64,000 nt of DNA from Felis catus (lineage: Eukaryota): positions 2,232,001-2,296,000 of the forward strand of contig NC_058381.1 in the NCBI RefSeq assembly GCF_018350175.1. The letters are read 5' to 3'. Below, piece by piece: positions 37,566 through 59,270 of the stretch. Position numbers and translations under genes: made by a program. Position 1 is the stretch's first letter. Each line of letters starts with the position of its first letter. Below the pieces are notes generated by a model that did not search any database, had not been told where the DNA came from, and saw nothing but the letters and a program-made list of their open reading frames with translations.

Positions 37566-40500
37566 ATGGGTGTGTCCGGAGGAATCACGTTCGAGGCAGA
37601 CGCCGGGCCGCCCTCCAGCGTAGTCCCGTTTCACGGTTCTGGGCCCTCCCTGCACCCCGGGGGAATCGTAACTCGCAGTCCTGAATCTAGCCGGCCGTCC
37701 GGGGGCGTAGCAGTCCTCGGTTCCGGACCCAACCAGCACCCTGGGGAGGTTGCGAACCTCGGCACTGGGTCCGGCCCGTACCCAAGCGGATTACATGGCC
37801 CCTTCCCTGAAACTAGAGTATCCGGGACCTACAGGCTCGGGTCCGAGGGGTCTGGGGCGTACAACTCCGGACGCAGTCCGCGCTCCAAGTCAACTTGCTT
37901 GCACTCCCACAAACCTTGTGAGGACCGGCCCCGGAGCATCCTAAAAAGCAACGGCTCCGTCTTGATGCAGAAATCCGCCATTGCGGAGAAGTAAAGAGTT
38001 CAGCTCGGCTGGCACCCGGCTCGGAGCCCGGAGGGAGGGGTTTCGGACACTGGAGGGGGCGGGGCTAGGAGGAAGGGGCGGGGTCCTGAGAACTAGAAGA
38101 GAGAGTCGCTGAGGGCTTGGGGGGGTGGGGGGGTGGAATCTGAGCTTCCAGGCCTCCGGGAGAGCAGGTACAGGGTAAACGCTGGCTACGCCGTGTGTGA
38201 TTATCGTTAGGCGTGACCCCCGCCCTCACTGCTACGCCTCTGAGACTACGAGCGGTACAAGAAGTTTCTGAATGGAAGAAAGTGGGAGGGCTGTGAGGAG
38301 GAGGTCGCTGAAAGTTTTCCTACACCTTTCTGTGTCCTCCTACGCCAGGAACAAGTCTCAGCGGTGGAACGAAATGAATATCCTAGTCACCTACCACCCT
38401 GCTGACAAGGACTATGGATTTATGAAGGTGGATGAACCCAGCACTCCCTACCACAGGTGCTGAGCCCTCAGCCCTAACCTTTTAGCCCAGACCCTTCCCT
38501 ATTCAAAGGCAGTGGGGGAGGCAGAGAGGCCCCAGGGATTGGATACTTTCAGATGCTTGCCCCTCACCACTGCTTACTCCCTCGTCTGCAGGCTGCAGGA
38601 CAGTGATAAGGACCTGCCTGGGGCATCCTCTCCTTCAGTGACTCCGAAGGTGCTGGCCAAGAGGTGAGAGTCCTGCCAGAGGTCAGTAGGGATGTGGGGC
38701 CTCTTTCTCCCTCCACCCCTGAGCTCTGAGGTCTGAGCCAGCTCTGCTTTTTGGCCACCAAAATGGGAGGCACTACAGTTCCCATCTGGACTGACCAAGG
38801 CCAAGGTGGGGGAATTAGCCAGCTACATCTACCACCTGCCCCTCCTCGTTCTCTCTGTTTGGTGCCCGCAACCAGTCTCCCTCCTCTTCAGGTTGGCAAA
38901 AATGGACAATCTCTATCCCAAGGTCCTCCAGTATGGTGATACCAGAAGTTTGGGAGCTCCAGACCACTTTTCCAAGACACGTGAGATGAGGGGTGGGGAT
39001 TGAGCGGAAAGGGGAGGCAGAGTGAACCGTCAGCGAGAGCCTGGCCGGAAAGCCAAGCTGTTTACAATGGCCCGCAGACTCCAGTGACTTCATAAACCGC
39101 CGAAAGACACATTACGATGAAGGAAAGGTCTTCGAGACTCAGAAAAGTTTTTCCTTCAATGATAATAAGCACAACAACAAAGCAGGCCGTGCCAATACGG
39201 GCAGTGGCGGTCGGGGCATGATGCTGGACCCAGAGCCCAGGCCTGTGGAGAGAGGCCGGACAGGAGGACTGGCCAGAGGAGTCAGCGATGAGATTGACCT
39301 GGTCACCGGGAACCACATCCGAGAAGCCAAGGGTTAGCTATGGTGGAGCCCCAGGGATTTGTGGGAATTGTAGTCCAGAGTCTTTGCCATACCCTATCTT
39401 TCTCAGTGGCCATTGGCCCAGGGCCTTGCTACCTGGGAGGGAGGTAATGGCAGGTGACCCCCAGGGAAGACGGAAGGCGGGTGGGGTGGGGGCCTCATCA
39501 GAATAGTCCTCAGGAAGCCCAAGAGAACCATGGGGGATGGAGAGGTCACTGGGATTTTCTAATACGGGAAGAGGCCAGAGAAGTGAGATGAAAACCCAGG
39601 GCTGGAACTTCTCCCCTGTGGAGGGGGCCATCACGGACACCTGGGGGTCCTGGATACCCTAGGTGGCCATAAGACCCAGATGGACTCGGATGATTCGGCA
39701 GATCCCCCTGCCTTCAGAAATCAGTGCCGAGCTTCAGCCATCATCAGGTCAGGCCAGGAAAGTGGTCTGCGACAAGGAAAGGAGTATTACATCAAAGGAA
39801 GATACCTGAGGAGCTCCCCCCACCCCGAGCTCGAGGAGGACACAGAAGATGAGCATGAGGAGCAGGACAGTGAGAGCTGGGCCGGGTCAGCCTGGGGCGG
39901 GGGGGTGCTGACAACCCCAGACTGATGGGTGCCCCAGCCTTGACCCTGTGGTGTTTCCAGGCTCTGCAAACTTGAGCTGGGTGATTGAGAATCCCATAAG
40001 CACTGAGGTCCGTCTGCTGGGCCACCCAGGAAGCCCCGTTCAGGATCACAAGGCCACCAAGGACCGCCTGAAAGTGACAGTGACAAAATCGGAACCTGGT
40101 GAGGGCCCCAGGCCCCAACAGCTGGCTCTTGACAAGCTCCCATCCCCCCACCCCACCTTCTTTGCATACCAGTATACCTTCAACAGATGCTAAGAGCGGC
40201 CTCGGGCATCCTGGTGTGCAGGGCCCACGTTGTACAGAGAGGAACGAGGGAGGCTCAGAAGGGGTTGGGACCCCCTCCAGCTTGGCACTAGCTGTTGGTC
40301 CCGCGCCTCCCCCTGATTCCCCTTTGCCCCCACCCCCCTCCAGGTACCGCCCTGTCCTCCAAAGACAATGGGTCCAGATCAGAGTCAGGCTGGTGTCAGT
40401 CAGTGCCTGGTATCCAAGGGGCTCACCTGGCAAAGGCCAGAAAGCTTGGAGAGGCAGCCTGGCAGCCACCGGAAGTCCCCACAACAAAACCAAAGCAGGC

Positions 40501-40710
40501 GTGAGCCTGGGCGGGTGGGGGGCAAGGGGGCCGCCTGAACCAGCCCCGGAGAGAGGGCCTGAATGGGTGGGCTCCAGGGAGTTTCAGGGTCACGTGGGCC
40601 AGATCTCCTGCCTCCTGCAAGGAAGCCAGTAACCCAGTCATTTCTCCCCAGATGAAACCCTGCGTCTTCAATGGACACAAGAGGGGGAAGCCAATCGATG
40701 GAAAATGTAG
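37566..40710 (+). CDS. Protein phosphatase 1 inhibitor-2 (PPP1R2/IPP-2) family paralog, intron-containing, about 515 aa model
   Basis: Well-supported exons 37566-37990, 38349-38456, 38592-38663, 38892-38980 and 39078-39332 encode [39 protein letters not shown] and [12 protein letters not shown] (I-2 signature motifs). Less certain 3' exons 39702-39869, 39961-40098, 40187-40263, 40344-40500 and 40652-40710 complete a stop-free 1548-nt frame. Kozak ACCATGG; AATAAA at 40768-40773. From memory this is the position of mouse 2810408A11Rik. Confidence 0.8.
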
Positions 40711-40767
40711 CCAGCTGGGGATGGGGCGGGTCCCAGCCTCCCCCTGCCCACTGTCCTCAAGGTGGAC

Positions 40768-40773
40768 AATAAA
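40768..40773 (+). terminator. Polyadenylation signal of the I-2-like gene
   Basis: AATAAA about 60 nt after the modelled TAG (40708-40710), followed by GT-rich sequence. Confidence 0.6.
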
Positions 40774-41507
40774 GAAAAGTGTGGGAGTCTGGGTGCTCCG
40801 AGTCGTTGGCCCTGCATGGGCCTGCTCAGCCACAGAGGAGAGGGGCGGAGGGAAGGACGTCTGCATACAGGAAACCACAGCAGGCAGAGGAGCGGAGAAG
40901 AAAGCTTGGAACAGCCTGGGGCACTGGACTCAGGGAGGGCCTGGGAGGCCCAGAAGGCGCCCCCACTGCAGCAGGGGGACGGTGGTTGGTGGGACCCCAA
41001 AACCACGAATGTACCAATGTCCTCTTTAATTCCTACGACATCTCTGGGCGGGGCGGTGGGGGGGGAGGTTGTCATGCCCATCTTCCAGATGAGGAAACTG
41101 AGGAATCAGAGAGCTTGCCCAGGGTCACACAGTCTCTGAGTGACAGAATCAGGACTGGAGCCTGTATCTGCCAGTCACCCCCAGCCCCCAGCACGGCTAA
41201 AGGAGAAAAAATCGGGGAAGGGGACTCTGGTAAGAAGGGGACTGCAGATAGTCTGTGTGGGTGGGGCTGTGGCTTCTCCGCCTGGCCCCGCCTCTGCCCC
41301 TCCCAGTACTGCCTGCAAGTGTGAGGTGAGAGCTCCTCCTTGCACACCCCTAACCCTTAGGGAAGGGATTGAGCCCCCTCCCCCACCCCCAGGCTCTCCC
41401 CAGGAGAGGACCCCCCCTCCTCCTCCTCACCAACCCCTCCTGGGGCAGGGAGCGCTTCCCCCTGCAGCCCCTGCCCGTCTGACCCCCCCACCGTGCAGCG
41501 GAGCAAG

Positions 41508-53722
<12,215 letters not shown>

Positions 53723-53784
53723 TCCCAGGCCTTCGAGAGCCCGCAGCCCCCAGTCCCCTCTCCCCGGCCGCCGGCCCCTCGGTC

Positions 53785-53790
53785 AATAAA
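53785..53790 (+). terminator. ACAP1 polyadenylation signal
   Basis: AATAAA about 60 nt after the stop, followed by a GT/T-rich element. Confidence 0.8.
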
Positions 53791-54346
53791 GCCGCCGTGC
53801 TTTGCGCTTCCCGTCGTGGTTCTTTGGCAGGGCGCCGCCTTCGGGCCGGGCCGGGGACTGGGCGCCGCGGCTGCCAGGGTGCGCGGGCGGTTGGGGTTTG
53901 CGAGCTCGAGTCACGCGAGGGGCGCCTTCGGGACAAACTAGGTGGTAGCTTCGGCCGCAGCCCTGGCGCCGGGCGGCCCCGAGGCGGGGCTCTCGGGCTC
54001 GGGCGACGTGGCCAGACGAGTCCGGCCGGGGAGAGGCCGCCCGCGTGGGCTGGGGGCCGGCCTTCCGTGGGGGGTGGGGGGTAGCTGGCGTCGGGCCGGG
54101 ACGGAGAGGCTGGCTTCGGCCACCCCGGCCAGGAGGCATCCCCGGAATGCGGCGGCTCAGCACCCGCCCCCTCGGGAATTCCCTGCGGGAGCGAGCGGGG
54201 AGGGCACCGCCTCCAAGCCGGGGACCGCCGGGCCTGGGGGCCCTCGACGAGCTGCGGACGTGAGGCCCGGCACACCTGCGGGGCCTGCGGGGCGGACGCG
54301 GCCGCATCCGGAGCGACGCACCTGAGTCACCCTGCGGACCCCACCC

Positions 54347-54394
54347 CCGCCCGCGTCCGCCCGTGTCCGCCCGTGTCCGCCCGTGTCCGCTCGT
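54347..54394. repeat. 10-bp tandem repeat (CCGCCCGTGT) x about 4.8 in the KCTD11 promoter
   Basis: ccgcccgcgt ccgcccgtgt ccgcccgtgt ccgcccgtgt ccgctcgt. Confidence 0.85.
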
Positions 54395-55195
54395 CCAGCC
54401 CGTCCGCCCCGTCTCTCCGGTTCCAGACTCTCGGCTCCCACCTCCGCCCGGGCCGCGCGAGCCGGGCGGGGGCGGGGGGCGGGGCGCCAAGGGGGCGGGG
54501 CTGTCTCTTAAAGGGCTCCCAGCCGCTGCCCTTAGGCCACTTCCTGGGGGCGGAGAGGACTTCGGCGGCTGCGGCGACACCCGTGCAGGCGGCGGCGCCC
54601 GGGTCCCGAGAACCCCGGGCGGCTTCCCTCAGAGTCCTCCGGCGCGCCCGGCTCGCTCTGAGCGTGCGCCCTCGCTCCCCAGCGGATCCGGAGCCGCTCC
54701 GCCGCCAGCTGCGCTCAGCCCCGCCTCCGTCGCCAGAGACCCGCGCCGAAGCCAGGCCCTGCCGGGCCTCCGACTGGCCCCCGGCGCCGTGCGCGGACTC
54801 GCCCGCGGCGACAGCCATCGACCCGAGAACTCGGAGGCTGGGTCCTTCCGAGGGTCGGCCTGTGCTCGCCACCGTCACCTGCTGGCTGGAGTCCGGAAAC
54901 CCGCTGTCTGAAGACCGCAGAAGAGACTTGCTGACCCACCGCCCTGCATCGAATGCGTCTGGGCCGAAAGCTCCCTTCCCTCTCTGGCTTCTGTTCTTTT
55001 CGGCCGGCCGTGTCTGTGCCCGGAAACCATCCCCCACTACCAACGTAGCTGGGGTGAGCCCTAAATCTTCCTGCCTTGTGTTCCGACCTGTGCATCCAAC
55101 CCCGAGAGAGTCTGAACGAACCTTAGGACCCAGTTCTGCCCACGCCCGCGGAGTTTGCGTTTTCTTCTCTGTCGGTGTCTCCTGTACTCCCCAAA

Positions 55196-56011
55196 ATTTC
55201 GCCTCCTCCTGTGCCCTCTTCGCCCCCCTCTTTTGGGGGCCCTGTGACCCTGAATGTGGGGGGCACACTCTATTCCACCACTTTGGAGACCCTGACTCGC
55301 TTCCCAGACTCCATGCTGGGGGCCATGTTTAGGGCGGGCACCCCCATCCCCCCCAACCTCAACCCCCAGGGAGGTGGCCACTACTTCATCGACAGAGATG
55401 GCAAGGCCTTCCGGCACATCCTCAATTTCCTGCGGCTGGGCCGCCTGGACCTGCCCCGTGGCTACGGGGAGACGGCCCTGCTCAGGGCAGAGGCGGACTT
55501 CTACCAGATCCAGCCCCTCCTGGATGCCCTGCGGGAACTGGAGGCCTCTCGGGGGACCCCCGTGCCCACAGCTGCCCTGCTCCATGCAGATGTAGACGCC
55601 AGCCCCCGCCTGGTGCACTTCTCCGCTCGCCGGGGCCCACACCACTATGAGCTGAGCTCTGTGCAGGTGGATACGTTCCGAGCCAACATCTTCTGCACCG
55701 ACCCCGAGTGCCTGGGCGCCATGCGGGCCCGATTTGGTGTGGCCAGTGAGGACAGGGCAGAGGGAGGCCCTCACTTTCGTCTGGAGTGGGCCCCCTGTCC
55801 CGCAGAGCTCCCTGAGGTGGAGTATAGGAGACTGGGGCTACAGCCTCTGTGGACTGGGGGGCCGGGGAAGCTGCGGGAGGTGGTGGGCACGCCAGGCTTC
55901 CTGGAGGAGGTGCTGCGGGTGGCTCTGGAGCACGGCTTCCGTCTAGACTCCGTCTTCCCTGACCCCGAGGACCTGCTCAACTCCCGATCTCTGCGCTTTG
56001 TGAGGCACTGA
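55196..56011 (+). CDS. KCTD11: BTB/POZ-domain protein KCTD11 (REN), single coding exon; AUU-initiated 271-aa form, AUG form 55313-56011 (232 aa)
   Basis: ATT TCG CCT CCT CCT GTG... gives (M)SPPPVPSSPPSFGGPVTLNVGGTLYSTTLETLTRFPDSMLGAMFRAG...YFIDRDGKAFRHILNFLR...RSLRFVRH*; T1-type BTB motifs. Confidence 0.95.
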   Translation: MSPPPVPSSPPSFGGPVTLNVGGTLYSTTLETLTRFPDSMLGAMFRAGTPIPPNLNPQGGGHYFIDRDGKAFRHILNFLRLGRLDLPRGYGETALLRAEADFYQIQPLLDALRELEASRGTPVPTAALLHADVDASPRLVHFSARRGPHHYELSSVQVDTFRANIFCTDPECLGAMRARFGVASEDRAEGGPHFRLEWAPCPAELPEVEYRRLGLQPLWTGGPGKLREVVGTPGFLEEVLRVALEHGFRLDSVFPDPEDLLNSRSLRFVRH

Positions 56012-57305
56012 AAACGCGGCCCTCCCGTCTGCCCGGGATGGGGAGAGAACGGACAGCAAAGAGAATGAGAGACTCCCCCACCACCACCACCACCACCTCC
56101 GAAGCCTCTTCTTAGCTCTGCCTCTGGAGCTGTGAGGGTCAGGGCTGCACCTTGACTGGAGCCCAGATGTGGGCAGGAGCTCCCGAACCTGAGCCGTGCA
56201 AAGGGTCTGGCTTGGTGCTAATCCTGGGAGGGGCGGGGAAGATCCCCTGGCTTGCTCTTGCCCGAGGCTGGGGGCCTGCAGTGTCTCCCCGTTGGAGCTC
56301 AGTATTCAAGGGTCTAGAGAAATAGGGACACCTCTCTGCCCAGGCTAGGCCTCGCAGAACCCTGGGGGGGACACCGAAGTGTGGGAGAAAGGAGGACTTT
56401 GAACTGCTCTGATGTGGTCTCCTGGACCGTGGCTTCTCCTGCGGCTGGATGGCCTGGCCAGGCCTGACCGAAGACAGACCAGAACATTCTGGAATATGGG
56501 AAGGGGGTCCTTTGCTCTGTCTCGAGTCACCTCCTGAGGGAGACAGAAAGGCCACACCCCACCCCACGGTGGCCTAAGGGAGCGGGGAGAATCCCCATTT
56601 ACTATGGGGCTGGAGCCCCACACTCGAGAAAGCCAAGTTTTTAAAGGACCCTCCATTGATGGTGGAGCTGGCCTTTGGGAAGAGGGTGGCATCTTCTTGG
56701 GCCTTGGCCTTACTGCCTTCATGTGTGCACGCGTGTCAGTCAGAGTGTGTCTGAGCGACGTCTGGGCCTCTCACATCCAGGCTCCCGTCCGTGTGACAGT
56801 CTCTCCGTGGTCTCTGCCTGTGCAGGCCTGTTTGGGGTTGCCCAGCAACTGCTTTGGCGCTGGGTATGTCTGCCGTATGGGTGTGAGTAGATTGAGAATT
56901 AGTAGTTGAATCACGAGGGGATGTGTGTGTGTGTGCGTGCACACATGTGTGTTCGCCTCCCCGCATAGGCACGAGGGGCCTGTGGAGGCCTGGGTCGCCA
57001 GGGGCTTCCTGGTGAAAGGTAAGAGAAGTCATTGGGCCCCGCCGGCCCTTGGAGGCCTGTGTAGAACTCTTGGTTGCTAAGGCGACCGTGGGCCTGTTGC
57101 TAGGAGAGAGCTGGGAAGGCCCAAGGCGGCCCAGGGCAGAGGGGAGATGAACAGAGGAGGCCGGGAGGGTTGGGGGAGGATGTGGTTTCTGGGTCCCCGA
57201 GGGATGGGATCCTCACGCACGAGTTCTTCACGGTGGGAGGCGGGGGCTGGGGGGGGGGCGGACTCACTCGCTGTTTATCGCGGGTCACGAACTTACAAGA
57301 AGAAA

Positions 57306-57311
57306 AATAAA
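57306..57311 (+). terminator. KCTD11 polyadenylation signal
   Basis: First AATAAA I found after the KCTD11 stop (3' UTR about 1.3 kb). Confidence 0.65.
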
Positions 57312-57630
57312 ATTGCTTTTTGGAACCTCAAACTTGTAAAGGCTGCTGCTGAGGGCCAGGGTGGGGGTGGGGGGCACTGCCCCCTTTGCAGCAGAAGCCC
57401 TGCGTTCTCTGCCCAGTCTTCTTCTGGCCCCCAGTTCCTTGGGCCCCTGCTTTGCCCTAGCCAGAGACGGAGCGGTGGTGCTGTTCCAGAATGCTCTAGA
57501 ACCCCAAACCCCGGCTGTTCCGGAACAGTCTAGAACCTCCGGGCAAAGGGTTGGATCCAGGATCGAAGCATTCCAGGCCTTCCCAGCCTACATGGGGCCA
57601 GCCTCCCTGTGCCACCCGCTAGCGGGCCTC

Positions 57631-58998
57631 ATGTGGACGCTGGCACTAGGTGGGGTCTTCCTGGCAACCGCCCAGGCCTGTGTCCTCTGTCACCTCTCAG
57701 ACCGTGACCTGTCGGGCCGCCTGGCTCGACTCTGCAACCAGGTGAAGGCTCGGTGGGAGACCTGTGAGGCCTCCTGGACCTTCCCGGCCTTTGCCTTAGG
57801 TAGGATCAGACATCCAGGGCCCGGCCTGGCAGCATGTGGCTTCCCAGCTGAGCCCCTCGGCCACCACCTGAGTCCCCAGCCCTGGGAAAGTCAGGAAAGA
57901 GTCACAGGTCCTTGCCTGTCTCCACAGATGAGGTGTCCACGAACAAAGTCATAGAGAAGACTCACAGAGTCCTGAGGGTCATGGGTGAGATCAAGGGCGA
58001 AGGCATGACCTAGGGGCTCCGATGGGCACCAGGGAGGGGGATGGGAGGAGGGACCCGGGGAGGCGGGGAAGGGTGCAAGGCAGGTGGAGACGACGGGAAG
58101 GTGTAACCGGGGAGGTGCTGGGTGAAGCGTGGGAGGTACGCCTGCCCTGGGGAGGCCCTGGGCAATACAGCTGCCCTCTGTCTCCGCAGAGATCAAAGGG
58201 TCTCCCTCCTCACTCCCTTTATATTGGCAATGGCTGCAAAAGGTCAAGTTTCCCGAGTACACCAGGGAAGGTACTGACGCGGGCAGGGACCAGGGGCACC
58301 CGGGCTGTCCGGTGAAGGGGTGTGTGGCTGAGTGTCTCCTCTCCCCCCACCCCTCCTTGTCTCTGGTTTCAGCTTTCTGTGCTCCCGCCTGCCGTGAGTA
58401 GAAAAGGGAAGGGGTAGGTGAGGACGGGGGACCCGAGGAGAGCCTGGCGGTGGTCCCGGAGGGAGTGGGGTACTCTGGAAGGTGGGAGCCGGGACTCCCC
58501 CGCCGCAGCTCCGGCCCCGCCGTCTCCTGCAGGGGGCAGCACCGTCCTGTACAACTGTTCCACCTGCCAGAGCTTTGCCGTGCACTGCTGGCCTCTAAGG
58601 CGCTGCCTCCCAGGTTCCGCTCCCCGCCCTCGCCTCACCCCTGCTCAGATCTCTGAGCTCGGGCTCCCCCCCCCCCGCCCCGCCCCGCCACAAGGACAAG
58701 CGAGGTCCCCGGGATCACTCACTGCTTCCTGGGTTCCCTGCAGGAAGTCACGATCTTCGGGAAGCCAGGATTCTGCTCCTCTCTGTGTTCATAACTGTCC
58801 TGCTCCTGGGCGTTCTGAGCCTCGTGGTGGAGTGAGTGGGCAGGTGGCGGGTGTGGCCTCGCCACCCTTGACCCCCCAGCACCTTCTACCACCGTCCCTG
58901 TGCCCTCTCCTCCCAGCTGCCTGCCCTGCCCCTCTCAGGCCCCCCGTTCTCTGTGTCCCCTCAGGTCCAGACACTTCAAAGCAAAAAGCGACATGTGA
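57631..58998 (+). CDS. TMEM95: Transmembrane protein 95 (sperm-egg fusion factor), 176 aa
   Basis: join(57631..57799,57928..57984,58190..58270,58373..58393,58533..58613,58744..58831,58965..58998) = 531 nt. Signal peptide MWTLALGGVFLATAQA, CxxC, LPLYWQWLQK, YNCSTC..CWP..C, TM segment ILLLSVFITVLLLGVLSLVV, short tail. Confidence 0.93.
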
Positions 58999-59234
58999 AG
59001 ACAGCCTCCCAGCCCCCACGTCCTTTGGAAGGGACCCGCCAGCCCCTCACTTCCAATCCCAAAGGCTCAGCCTTCCAGACCCTAAACCCAGCCGCCTCCG
59101 TGATCCCAGTGTCAGATGGCCTCCAGGGGCCCAGGCACCCACAGCTGGAAAGTTCCTCCCCTCCGGCCCTCAACTAATCAGCCAGAAGCAGTCACTGATT
59201 CCAGGAAAATGGCTACAGGAGGAAAGAACCCCCT

Positions 59235-59235
<1 letters not shown>

Positions 59236-59268
<33 letters not shown>
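59236..59268. repeat. (CA)n microsatellite
   Basis: About 16 CA units. Confidence 0.9.

Positions 59269-59270
<2 letters not shown>

Noticed and set aside
37566-40710. I-2-like locus as a processed pseudogene
   Set aside because: It has introns with intact GT-AG sites, a stop-free spliced frame, a Kozak ATG and its own promoter elements.
54373-55332. 319-aa ORF overlapping the KCTD11 5' region
   Set aside because: GTG start inside a tandem repeat, different frame from KCTD11, low complexity and no recognisable homology.
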